DNA of 64,000 nt from Paramoeba atlantica (GCA_977017575.1 CDRNVI010000002.1:868001-932000); one strand, 5' to 3'. Shown: positions 18,442 to 29,234, numbered from the stretch's first letter. Made by a program: numbers and translations. The notes: generated by a model not told the origin, from the letters alone.

Positions 18442-19692
18442 ATGCTGGATAATGTGAACAGCTCATACTCTTCCCTTTTCTGGTTACCTACCATAGAGAA
18501 GGAATGTGCCACAGCGGGGTTATATGAGTCAGTACTTTGTGCACGGGAAGTAGAATATGACTCTCTCAGCAACACACCACGATGGTGTAATGAGCTGATG
18601 ATAGTATCTGAGCGGATGTACTCTGACGCGGTAAAAATTAAAAGCAACGTTGCATCACTTTCTCCCAAAGCATATCGAATCCGACGAAATGTCCTCTTTC
18701 CTGAATGCTCTTCGGGATCGAGGAAATATCGTAATCGAGCTGGAGATAAATTGGAGGCAGTGTTAGAGGAAAGTGGTATACTGAATTTATTGCGATATTC
18801 CACTGCATCTGAAAAAGAATTTGTTTTTGTGGATGTATGCGGCGGGCCTGGAGCATTTTCGGAAATGTTATTTGCGTGGGGCAAAGAAAATCTTCCGAAC
18901 TTAACCAGAATCATTGGTGTGGGGATTACTTTACGTCCTACGGAACAGGGAAGTGTTCCCAGCTCTGTAGCGTGGTATCCTTCGCTTCTAGCCAAAGCAA
19001 CACCCAGTACCTCGGAGAGGAGTTCAACTTCTGTGACAGAGTGTTTTCTACCCCTCTGGGGTAACGACGGCACAGGCAACCTTCTTTTGTCGAAGAACGT
19101 AAACTCTTTTACGGAGGAATGTCTGAAAAATACGGCTCGTTTACATCATTCCTTGCCTCAGACAGACTCCAGGAAATTTTGTTCAAAAAATGGCGTAGAT
19201 ATAGTGGTGGCCGATGGTGGGTTCGATGTAAGTGGGCAAGAGGCCCTTCAAGAGGTTCTCTCGGCACCATTACTTCTTAGTGAGGTCATTCTGGCGCTGA
19301 AAACGCTACGACAGGGCGGAGCACTTGTTCTCAAAGCGTTTGACACAATAACCATGTTTTCGGCCAGCCTTTTATTCATACTAACGCATTGCTTCGAGCA
19401 TGTTGGGTTGTGTAAACCACTTCGATCACGGGTTGTCAACAGTGAGCGATACATAGTTGCGGTTAGCTATCGAAAAAGTGACCTTGGCAGTGTTTTGGAA
19501 GAAAACCTAATTCCTAGACTTATGACTTTTATTACTTACAGAGAGAGCGTGGAATTTCCACAAATTCCAAAGACACTGGTGGATGCCAAGGTAATTTTGA
19601 ATCATAAAGCGTTTTTGAATTCACTCCGGGTGGCATCTACTTATTGGATGAATCGACAGATTAAAAGCTTACGTCTTATATTCGACGACTAG
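18442..19692 (+). CDS. FtsJ-like cap 2'-O-ribose methyltransferase (CMTR1/TbMTr1-like)
   Basis: FVDVCGGPGAFSE, VVADGGFD, LKAFD, KPLRSRVVNSERY (K-D-K-E tetrad motifs). Confidence 0.85.
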   Translation: MLDNVNSSYSSLFWLPTIEKECATAGLYESVLCAREVEYDSLSNTPRWCNELMIVSERMYSDAVKIKSNVASLSPKAYRIRRNVLFPECSSGSRKYRNRAGDKLEAVLEESGILNLLRYSTASEKEFVFVDVCGGPGAFSEMLFAWGKENLPNLTRIIGVGITLRPTEQGSVPSSVAWYPSLLAKATPSTSERSSTSVTECFLPLWGNDGTGNLLLSKNVNSFTEECLKNTARLHHSLPQTDSRKFCSKNGVDIVVADGGFDVSGQEALQEVLSAPLLLSEVILALKTLRQGGALVLKAFDTITMFSASLLFILTHCFEHVGLCKPLRSRVVNSERYIVAVSYRKSDLGSVLEENLIPRLMTFITYRESVEFPQIPKTLVDAKVILNHKAFLNSLRVASTYWMNRQIKSLRLIFDD

Positions 19693-20274
19693 TGAAATTC
19701 AACATGGGACGAGGTACGGCCGTATCCAAATGGTAGAATGCTTTTAAAAGTCAGATGCTGCGTTCTTTTTGAAATCACAAGTACACTCGGGAAACCGTAA
19801 AATTTAGTTCATAGTACCCCCCTCTAACAACTAATTATAAATTACCCTGTTGTCAGGATTTATAAATACTTCTTATTTATAAACAAAAATGAGTCTGCTC
19901 GAAATTTTTCTTGCTCCTCAAGCAAGAACTGGAAACCCCCCTAGTTTGTCAGTCTGTACGTAAGCGGTGATGCATTATTTATGGGTACCCCCTTTAGTGA
20001 CGAAATGTGATTCCTGGATGTCGGTTATGAACACCAAGTACAACTCCCGTCAATCATCCATGAGCACTCAAACAGTACAAAACTCTATGCTGTTACGGGG
20101 GAACTACGACAAACTCGGGTATCTTGACAATTTGGAACAGTTAGGATCAGCGGGAAATGGAGATTCGGGGTAACTTCTTTCAAGCTTCCGAATTACTTAA
20201 TGGGCTCCTGATGCGAGTCTACTTTTTTTCTGATACGTCATAAATTCATAACCCATTATAATATTGAGGTGGTG

Positions 20275-20988
20275 GTATAATTACCGCTCTACCCTCGATT
20301 ATTGAAAAAAAAGTGAACAAAAACAGTGAAAATATAAAGAGGAACACAGTAAGTTAATATAATAGAAGAAAAAAATATTAAAGGGGGCTCCGGTGGTCCA
20401 AAACTGAAAAAAAAATCAAAAAAATGGGGGGTCCATGGGGGGGGGGGCATACGTCGCGAAATTTTTTTCGAATTTTTCGCTTTTCGAAATCGAGTGCAGG
20501 GAAGTGGTAGAGTAGGCCGCGGCGATAATTTTCCACCCCCCCTGGGGGTACCCCCCTGGTACGCGCAGGAGGGGTCCGACAAGGTCAAGATTTCTGAAAT
20601 TTTTTGGGGTGACCAAAAAACATTTTTTTTGACCCAAAAAAATGTAAAACTTTTATTTTTCCAAAATCGACTCCTAAAATGTATTTGGACAGTTTGGGAC
20701 CTCAGCTACCATTCTACAACGTTTTTTTCGACAGATTCGCCTCCTGCCCCTACTGGTAAGGCATCAAAAACGGTCTAAATTCGGGCTGAAATTTCGCAAT
20801 TTTCGCCGAAAAATCCAGCTTTTTCACCCAAAAAAATAGATCATTCATCTAATCCCCATCTTTCTTTTGCCGGTTTTTCTTTTTTAGGCTTTTCGTTAAA
20901 CGCGGTGGTAGTTTTCAACGCGAAGCGCGCAGCATGAGTGACTTCGAAGTTGAAAACAACCACCGCGTTTAACGAAGAGCCTAAAAAA
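20275..20988. repeat. Dispersed non-coding repeat, copy 1 (A-tracts, G-runs, 34-bp terminal hairpin)
   Basis: Homologous to 24848-25723 at both ends; inverted arms 20886-20919 and 20949-20982. Confidence 0.85.
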
Positions 20989-21153
20989 GAATTTTGGTTG
21001 TTATATTGTATTATAATTATTTATAATGTATGGATGTTTAATGTATTGTTCGGAAACTGATATTTTCTGGGGTTTTTTCCATGTTTTGTCTCATAGTTCA
21101 GTCCACTCTTTGATTTTTGAGTTCTTCATACGGGACTGAAGATTTCCATTATC

Positions 21154-21565
21154 CACTACACTTTGTTCCAGGCAGTGGAAGCGAAACTCACTCCCAAGGC
21201 CCAAGTGTCCCTTAATTTAATTAAGTGTCCCGTAATTAAGTTGTCCCGTATTATTAGGCCCAAGTGTCCCTTAATTTAATTAAGGGACACTTGGGCCTTG
21301 GGAATGAGTTTCGGTCCCACTGCCTGGAACAAAGTGTAGTGAATCAGGATAGGCCGGTGTATTCTCAGCGAAAAAAATCACGCCCGAATAAGCGGTGCAT
21401 GAAAATAAGGAAAAAATATGAGAACAGAACCTGCAGTACAATGACTCACTAGATTTCATCGATCATCTCACAGGTCAAAGCAAAGGGACACTTAATTACG
21501 GGACACTTTTGACCCAAACGGGGGTCCCTTAATTAAGGTGTCCCGTAATTATGTTCCGCACTGTA
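21154..21565. repeat. Foldback/MITE-like relic with 64-bp inverted arms and repeated TGTCCC(G/T)TAATT motif
   Basis: Arms 21154-21217 and 21278-21341 with 3 mismatches; motif repeated in both orientations; right end CACTGTA resembles a Tc1-type terminus. Confidence 0.7.
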
Positions 21566-21763
21566 CCTCTAAAATGTGTATCTCTAAAGAAAACAGTCAT
21601 ACAAGATCACGTGACTTCACGCAAGATCCTATGCGTTAGATACAACCAATTTACTCATTTTATGTAGCTCACATAGTGTACATACATAGTGTATGTTGCT
21701 CACATGTTACTTTTTTCGCATTTTATCTAATTATTGGAATCCTTTTTCGATACCACCTAGACA

Positions 21764-23032
21764 ATGACAAAAGCTGAATCATTGCAATGTAGGCAATGCG
21801 GATTCTTGCTGTCTTCGGCAAAGAAGGCCGCGGAGCACGCCACCCGCACAGGGCATACTGATTTTTCTGAAACAACTGAAATCATTCGTCTCGAAAGGTG
21901 TGAAGTGTGTAGAAAACCGTGTCAAACTCAGGTAGAAAAAGACATACATTCACGTGCCACAGGGCACACAAACTTTCTTCCATGCAATTCTTCACGTTCT
22001 TTGACGAACAATCCAAAATTTTCGGCTACGTCCCCCCAGCAGCACGATGGTGCTTCAAATCAGATAGTATTAAGCTCCTCTCTTCACGATGAGCTTCTGA
22101 GTATGGGGTATTCTTCAACTCGTTCTATCAATGCCCAATCGGCAGGGAATAACACATTGGAAGGTGCAATTGATTGGATTGCTTCTCATGAGAACGATCC
22201 AATGCTAGATGCAGAGCGTGATAATATATTCTTCGATAATCGTGAATCTCTCAGCAAGGTTGTTACATCTTCTTCTCAGGGCGACGAAAAGGAGCAAACG
22301 AAAAGTGAGATTAGAAATCGCATCCTCAAACAAAAAGAACTAAAGGAAGAAAAGGATCGAATTGATACCAGGGAAAGAGAAAAGCAGAGAATTCAAATGC
22401 AAAAAGCTGTAGCTGAAGCCAAGGAGCGATCTGTTGAAATGAAACGAAAGTTGGTCTATGAAGAAATGCAACGAGATAAAGCAAATGACATAAAAACACG
22501 AGAAAAGCTTGTTCTAGATATGGCTATAGAAAGAAAAATGAAAGCAGGCTTAGATCTCCAAACAGCTACGCATGAAGCTAACAAAGATATTGAGCGGAGA
22601 AAAAAATCCTCAATAAGGAAAGAGGAACCGCTTGTGGAATCGAGAGCCGGACTTTCAGATAAAGGATCTGTGGAATGGAAGTTGTATTCTTCAGACACAT
22701 CTGAAGATTCATTTCCTATAGAACAAGTCTTTACCGGATCATTTTCGTCTGTGACAAGAAGCTATATCGGTAAGCTAGCACAAGCCTTAGATACGTTACA
22801 ACGCAAGCAAGTTGCCAAAATTTTGAAGAATATACTGCAGTACCCACTTGAACGTAGGTTTCGTAAATTAAATTGGCGCAGTCAGGCTTTCAAGGCTCTG
22901 ATCACTGAGCAGTGCCTATATTTTCTTCGAGCCTGTGGTTTCATAAAAGAACATCATCACTTGAAAATTAAAGCTGTCTTGTTTGGTCGACTAAGGTACG
23001 CCCTTGAATGTCTAGAGGAAGCGGGAATCTGA
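21764..23032 (+). CDS. Protein with two C2H2 zinc fingers, UBA, coiled coil and PUB domain (p97/Cdc48 adaptor-like)
   Basis: CRQC..H...TGH and CEVC..H...TGH; LLSMGYS..EGAIDWI (UBA); KILKNILQYP.ERRFRKL...FLRACGF (PUB). Confidence 0.8.
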   Translation: MTKAESLQCRQCGFLLSSAKKAAEHATRTGHTDFSETTEIIRLERCEVCRKPCQTQVEKDIHSRATGHTNFLPCNSSRSLTNNPKFSATSPQQHDGASNQIVLSSSLHDELLSMGYSSTRSINAQSAGNNTLEGAIDWIASHENDPMLDAERDNIFFDNRESLSKVVTSSSQGDEKEQTKSEIRNRILKQKELKEEKDRIDTREREKQRIQMQKAVAEAKERSVEMKRKLVYEEMQRDKANDIKTREKLVLDMAIERKMKAGLDLQTATHEANKDIERRKKSSIRKEEPLVESRAGLSDKGSVEWKLYSSDTSEDSFPIEQVFTGSFSSVTRSYIGKLAQALDTLQRKQVAKILKNILQYPLERRFRKLNWRSQAFKALITEQCLYFLRACGFIKEHHHLKIKAVLFGRLRYALECLEEAGI

Positions 23033-23214
23033 CGCTAATGAAAGCAGGCTGCAAAGATCTGTTTTGATATACCTCAATCCATCAAGATAGTAGTCTTCTA
23101 GTAAATGTGAAAAAGAAAATCTTTTCTACTTCTATATTTTCATGTTTCTCGAGGAGGCTCTATGTTATCATTGTGAACACACTCGATTTTTCAATATTCC
23201 ACTCCTTCAATATC

Positions 23215-23907
23215 ATGACATACATGTACGTTGCTGAGGCATGTGATGCTACTCGATTAGGCCGAGTGCGAAGCGCTGCTCTTCCTCAGGAGTATCTTCT
23301 CCATCAAATGGTTGAAAACATCACTAATAAACAATTTAATTGGAATTCCTCTATTCAAGCATGTGAGTGGTCAGGAGTAGACTGTCGCGACTCGTTGTCG
23401 GTAAGTAGTATCCACTGGTATCGATTCGGTATTAGGGGAACCTTAGCCTACGAAAAATTGCCTTCCACGGTCCTAGAAGTCAATGTCAACGAAAATTTCC
23501 TAGTTGGTAGATTGTCTCTCGAATTCTTTCCAGCTCAAGTCACGCTCGGACGTTTTTCTCGAAACCAATACATAGAAAATTTTGACTTTACAGTGTTACC
23601 AGCGGGAATGGTGCGTCTTGTGCTCACCTGCAATCTCCTCTCCGGAAACCCAGATTTCACGCAACTTCCTTCCTCCCTTGAATTTATATTTGCTGTTAAA
23701 AATCGTTTCCATGGATGTATTGATCTTTCTCAGCTACCTCCTTCCCTTGGTCTCCTGTCCCTGCGAGATAATCTTTTGACTGGAATCGTAGATTTGCGCG
23801 ACCTGAGATCGAAAATTCGTATTGATCTTGTGGAGAATTGTTTTAAAGGGTTCATTCCAAAGGAAGGAGTCCCTGGAGTCAAAATAAAGCCTCAAAAAAA
23901 TATGTAG
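23215..23907 (+). CDS. Leucine-rich repeat protein, intact paralog
   Basis: RVRSAALPQEY, ACEWSGVDC cap, G.IDLSQLPPSL..L.L..N repeats. Confidence 0.85.
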   Translation: MTYMYVAEACDATRLGRVRSAALPQEYLLHQMVENITNKQFNWNSSIQACEWSGVDCRDSLSVSSIHWYRFGIRGTLAYEKLPSTVLEVNVNENFLVGRLSLEFFPAQVTLGRFSRNQYIENFDFTVLPAGMVRLVLTCNLLSGNPDFTQLPSSLEFIFAVKNRFHGCIDLSQLPPSLGLLSLRDNLLTGIVDLRDLRSKIRIDLVENCFKGFIPKEGVPGVKIKPQKNM

Positions 23908-24290
23908 GCACTGAAAATATGTAGTACACTGAAGTTTGACTTTTATGATAAATGACTAAACTGTGTACAGTGCACACAATTATTAGTGTAATATTAATTC
24001 GTAAACCAAAACTTAGTAAATTTTTAATCAGCAAAACATTTTGCAAAAATCAGCCTTTTTCACTGACACCGCTATTAGGGCGTACGCAGAGCGCTTGGTC
24101 GGCGTTCGCGGCTTCCAAGGAAACCTCTTTTTCCAAAATGAAATTCGGGGTACGTAGCACCTTCGATGAATTACACATCGAAGATTTCAAAATTGCTTTT
24201 TCAAAAAAAGAGGAAAGAAAATTTCGGATTGTAATTTTCGATTTTGTACTTTGTACAAATACTTTCTATTTTCGATTGTAATTTTCGGAT

Positions 24291-24800
24291 TGTAAAAAGG
24301 TTCGGGGGAAGACACAAGCCTCTCGCCACAAGGGGGTTAAGGAAACTTTCCGCAACCTACTAATCCAGTACGGATTCTCCCCAGACCTAGTCGAACCTAG
24401 ATTCGATAACGGTCGGGGACCGGACATCTGTTTCCTTTTGGGGCGGAAACTAGTCCTAGTGGACGTGAAGGTGGTAAAACCACTGGCCCCGTCCTACGTG
24501 GATAAGGAGGCAGCTGAGCCCTCCTTCACCGTGAGGCAGGCAGAGCGCCTCAAAAGGCGCACTCATGAGGAAATGGCGGGGGCCAGGGAGATGGATTTCT
24601 TCCCTTTGGCCTTCACCACGTACGGTGTCCCCGGCCCCGAGACCCTCCAGTTTCTAAATCTGGTAGCTCGAAAGGCAACCGGGGAGAAGAATGGTTGCCT
24701 CAGCCATTTTATCATGGCAATCGGGGTAGCCATCCAAAAGGGGAACGCCCAGATAGCGCATGCCGCGGTACAAAACTGTTACCGTAGGGGCGTGCGCTAA
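24291..24800 (+). mobile_element. 5'-truncated CRE-clade non-LTR retrotransposon fragment (RLE domain)
   Basis: Open frame extended manually to 24291: C...SRHKGVK...EPR..GRGPDI...VDVKVVKPLAPSY...FFPLAFTTYG...AIQKGNA. Confidence 0.8.
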
Positions 24801-24847
24801 TGGGCTCGGGGGATGACAAAAAAAAGGAAAGAAACTATCTGGAATTT

Positions 24848-25723
24848 GCGGTGGTTGTAAAACTACCGCTCTACACTCGATTATTGAAAAAAAAGTGAAC
24901 AAAAACAGTGAAAATATAAAGAGGAACACAGTAATATAATAGAAGAAAAAAATATAAAAGGGGGCTCCGGTGGACCAAAACTGAAAAAAAAAATTGAAAA
25001 AAATGGGGGGTCCATGGGGGGGTCCAGGGGGGGGGCATGGTCGAGCAAATTTTTTCGAAAAAATTAGTTTTCGAAAAAAAACCGCAGAAAGGGGAGCCGG
25101 GGTCTTGGCGCGCATTTTCCACCCCCCTACCCGGCGGTGACCCCCCCGCGTATCCGCAGGAAGGGTCCGCCAAGTTCGGATTTTTTCGGAAAAAAATTTT
25201 TGAAAAAAAATTCAACTTGGCGAAAAAAATGACAAAAGAAATATTTTTCCAAAATCGTTTCCCCTATTGTATTTTGATAGTTTGGGACCTACACTAGCTT
25301 TCTACGCAGTTGTTTTCGCAAGGTATCACTTTTTCGAACTGTGGTGCGCCCCCCAAAATGACCCATTTTTGACTAAAAAAGGTGAAAAAGTATTTTTCGG
25401 ACCTAAAGGGGCATTTTTGTGTCGAAAGAATGGTATGGTTGGAGTCGCATTCTCTACCCAATACGTTCGGTAGGCTTCCATTCATGCCTGCGAGTGATTT
25501 CCCACGCGCAAATGTCGGATTTAGTGCTCTGATAGCAAAAATACGCGAAAATCACCCCATTTTTACCCGAAATTCGGCTATTTTTGGCTATAATCTTTCC
25601 GTTTTCCAGGCTAAATTTTCTTTTTTAGGCTCTTCGTTAAACGCGGCGGTAGTTTTCAACGCGAAGCTCGCAGCATGAGTGACTTCTAAGTTGAAAGCAA
25701 CCACCGCGTTTAACGAAGAGCCT
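24848..25723. repeat. Dispersed non-coding repeat, copy 2
   Basis: 5' mini-hairpin GCGGTGGTT-GTAA-AACTACCGC (24848-24869); terminal hairpin arms 25627-25660 and 25690-25723; homologous to copy 1. Confidence 0.85.
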
Positions 25724-25728
25724 AATTA

Positions 25729-25959
25729 ATGTCCAACTTTATAGTGCAACTTAAGATTACTGTAAAAGACTGTCGCCCCCGAATCTGGCGAAGAGTTCAC
25801 TTGAAAACTTCCGACTCCCTCGCACATCTACACGAGACCATTCAACGAGCATTAGGTTTCATTATTCAACGAGCATTTCTATGGCTATACCATTTCTATA
25901 CCACGAAGAAAAAATTATGTACAATAAGCCCCAACATTGTTAGATCACGAAAATTCTAA
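25729..25959 (+). pseudogene. pRiA4b ORF3 / MM3350-like domain fragment
   Basis: QLKITV....PRIWRRV......LAHLHETIQRALG matches the family N-terminal motif; local duplication of attcaacgagcatt, then early stop. Confidence 0.6.
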
Positions 25960-26153
25960 CAATGCCCCTGACCTAAAAGGTACATTGTGAAAAGTTATGT
26001 TCAAAAAACGCATAATGCTCGTCGGCCAGACGGACCTCTTAAAACGTATGAATTATCAAAAATAAGAACGTACAATGCACGTCGGCCAATGCGCAGGAAA
26101 CAAAGAACGTACAGTATTTGATAAATGGTCCTTTAGAGAACAGCAATAAAAAA

Positions 26154-27449
26154 TTACTCATCAGATGAAATATCATCTTCCTCGCCTGATAAGGCGCACG
26201 AGCTAAAGCTCGCCACTTCCAACGCATCAAAGGGGTGCTTTCCGTAAGAATCGCGGACACAATTCAAGATGTTAACAAACCTTTGTTGCCAAGATTCTTG
26301 TCGATCAGTGTCCCCGTCCCCGAACTTGACGCACTGCAACGCGGCGTTGCGTTTCAAGTCCATACAGGTGACACGATAATAGTATTGTTGATGCTTTATT
26401 CAGTATTTGATGACTCGATAGGAAGCTTCAGCGTGGTTGGTATGGTAACCCTTGAGATTGACGAACTCTTTGATGTGGTTGACAGCGAAATGACGGCAAT
26501 AATCCTCCATGTGCAAGTACCCGCGCTATTGGTCGGTTACGACAATTGAGCGGGCACTTGTAAGGAATGACAAAATCCTCTAGAGTTTGGGAATCTCTAC
26601 GCTTCGCCAACTTCCAGTGAAGGCGCCCCATTTCCCGGTTTCTCACCTCAGTAATTGTCACGAACCACCACCCCAACTTTCACAGATGCTGACCTCGATG
26701 GTACTTGCGTTTTCCAATGAAGGTTTCATCGACCTGAACTCGGGAAAAATTATACGTTGTATTTTCCTCAGTAAAGTGCTGCATCCCCCAAGTAGTGTAG
26801 AAATTGGGTAAAAGTTTTCTCGGGAACGCCGCGGTTTCGAGCGATCTGTCCCGTGGTCATATTATTAGCGATGTCAGCCCAAATCAATACGAAAGTGTAC
26901 AGACTAACCTTGGAGCGTGTAGAAAGGTACGGCATGAACTTGAAAATTTTAGCACGGCTAGTGCTAATTTTAGCACAGCTAGTGAGAAGATCCGTGTCCT
27001 TTACAAGAAGGGGGAGAAAGCAAGCCATGATTACTCATCCAGGTTGCCTCAAGCAGGATAGTCTCATCGATTGGCACTTCAAAAAGCGTCTTTGATCAGG
27101 TTAGAAGCTGCTGGCGACGATTCAACAATCACTCAACGCAAGTATCCAATATGTTCTCCTCCATGCGTTCCATGATTTCCGGCGCAGGAGGACGTGTGTC
27201 TGCGTACTTGATCCTGTTCTTTTCTATATCAGAAAGGCCAGCAAATTTTAAGTTTACAATTTCTTTTCGTGTTAAAGGAACAATCATAGTTTCGCGCAAC
27301 TTGTGGCCTACCCACTTGCGTAAACGGTCATAAGTGGGTGAAGAAGAGCTGGCATACTTGTCTTCAAGGAACACAGTGTCGTCAGGTGGAAGATCCATCA
27401 AAAGATTTGCAAGCTTAAAGTAAATTTTGGAACTAATTTTTTTCATCAA
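26154..27449 (-). mobile_element. Degenerate Merlin (IS1595/ISXO2-like) DDE transposase
   Basis: Manual minus-strand translation: VQVDETFIGKRKYHRG*, RRDSQTL, IVVTDQ*RGY, VNHIKEFV, GYHTNHAE; internal stops and a frameshift. Confidence 0.85.
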
Positions 27450-28085
27450 AATTTCATTTCACTAAAAGTAACGGGAACGTGTGCATCTCAAAATTCTGAA
27501 CTGATAAAAGGGTGTATAAAACTGCTCAACTCCTGAATATCTAGGAGTGATCTTTTTCGGGGCACTGCATTTTTATCCTCAACCCCTTTCAACTCTCTCG
27601 CGAACTGATCGAAGTTCTTTTCCCCGCCGATCACCCTCCTCACACGAGAACGGCGAATCTGCCGACCAACCCCCTTTATCTATCACCCCACCCAACCACG
27701 GTAGCCCTCCGTTACCCCATTCCGGTAGCCAACCCCGTTCTCTTCTAGCCCCATTTCCTCATCAAGACAACCATCGTTTTCAACCCTCCTCACACCCCCA
27801 GGGCTGCGGTTCTGGAGGAGGCTATAACCCTTTTCCGCACATTTTCTCGCGGGTCGCTATCCCACTGGTGGATGAAAACGCAAACGCACGTGGCATGTGC
27901 ATTAACTGGCGGGGCATGTGCTTAACTTCGACAGAGTACCATTTATTGTAAATGATTTACTGTATTCATATCGCAACGCGTAAGCAGTAAGTGCTGTAAT
28001 TTATAAACCATTCCTCTAAATACAATACTACTACCTCTTTTTCCTTACATTCTTAGCGCCTTTTCTTCCTTTCCCCCCCATTCTC

Positions 28086-29234
28086 ATGTTCATACCCACC
28101 CCCACTCCACTACGCCCCATCATCTTCTCCCCCGCCCGTGACCGTCTCATGTTCCCCTTCAACAAGATCACCCAAACCTTCCCTTTAATCTACGAAAACA
28201 ACCTCGCCTTCAAAGCCGGGCGCGGGTTCCCCTACTACACCGGGGCCAAGCCCCACGACCCGGAGCTCCACCCCCACCCGAGTCTCCCGAAAACCATGAT
28301 GAACTCCCGGCAGCCCACCTACACCACATGGGACATGAAACTGTGCCCCTCGCTGATCACCGGGGCCACGCTAAAGCCCACCGTGGAGTACGTGGGGCCG
28401 CGCACCGGGAAGTACTGCCCTATGGTGGGGTGGGTGCGACACGGGACCACCTGGAGGCACGCCGGGGGGTATGAAAAAGCATGGAGGGGGAAACGGTACC
28501 AGCACATTGGACGCTGGGTGGAGTACAGGATGACCCCGCGATGGAAGCTCGCGCCGCGGATTGGGGCATCGGGGCCCGGGGCACGGTGGAGAGGACGGTT
28601 GTTGTATACGAATTTGAGGTTGAAGAAACTGTTGTGGGCGGTGGAGACGGGGAGGCTGAACCCGAATGAGCGGATTACGTTGTATCATTTGGTGGAGGCG
28701 AAGGTGATGGCGCCGTGGGAGGTGGTGTGGCCCGGGGTGAAGTTGCTGGCACAGGATTTAGATACTCTGTCGCGGCCGTTGCATATTGAGCTACAGCAAG
28801 CCTCCGCGCGGGCGGTGGAGTTGATTGAACGCGCCGGGGGGAGCTTTACATGTACCTATATGAGCCCCCAGGGGATGTTCCAGGAGATTTTCCCAGAGGA
28901 GTTTCCGATTTTTACGGATCAACACATGCCGGATCGAGCCTCTTTTGAGAGTGCTTCAGCAAATCCTGAAAAGCGGGGGTATCTCGCAAAGTGGTATGAG
29001 GATGTCTCGAAGTATGCAGATCCTACCGCTGGGCGACGTTTGTCTCATTTTGTAGAGCCTCCTGTAGATCGCGATTTCCCCGCCACCTTGGAAGAGTATG
29101 ATAAGGTTAAACATCACCAGAAATGGCATCTAGGACAACCTGGAACAGGCACAGTATTGCCATGGCTTTCAGAACGTTCCAATTTACGTCAGGACGACAA
29201 AGAAAATAATGATTTAGACAGCACGAGCTCGTAA
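28086..29234 (+). CDS. Mitochondrial ribosomal protein uL15m (kinetoplastid extended form)
   Basis: NLRLKKL..AVETGRLNP.E.IT...L...GVKLLA...IELQQASARAVELIERAGG (uL15 core). Confidence 0.8.
   Translation: MFIPTPTPLRPIIFSPARDRLMFPFNKITQTFPLIYENNLAFKAGRGFPYYTGAKPHDPELHPHPSLPKTMMNSRQPTYTTWDMKLCPSLITGATLKPTVEYVGPRTGKYCPMVGWVRHGTTWRHAGGYEKAWRGKRYQHIGRWVEYRMTPRWKLAPRIGASGPGARWRGRLLYTNLRLKKLLWAVETGRLNPNERITLYHLVEAKVMAPWEVVWPGVKLLAQDLDTLSRPLHIELQQASARAVELIERAGGSFTCTYMSPQGMFQEIFPEEFPIFTDQHMPDRASFESASANPEKRGYLAKWYEDVSKYADPTAGRRLSHFVEPPVDRDFPATLEEYDKVKHHQKWHLGQPGTGTVLPWLSERSNLRQDDKENNDLDSTSS

Noticed and set aside
20275-25723. Integrated kinetoplast minicircle sequence (A-tracts and G-runs)
   Set aside because: I found no universal minicircle sequence GGGGTTGGTGTA or recognisable CSB-1/CSB-2 blocks
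25950-27545. Terminal inverted repeats for the Merlin element
   Set aside because: Could not pair any sequence at the two presumed ends
27547-27951. 134-aa Pro/Ser-rich ORF
   Set aside because: Low complexity, explained by the C-rich arm of the skew node; no motif; not called a gene
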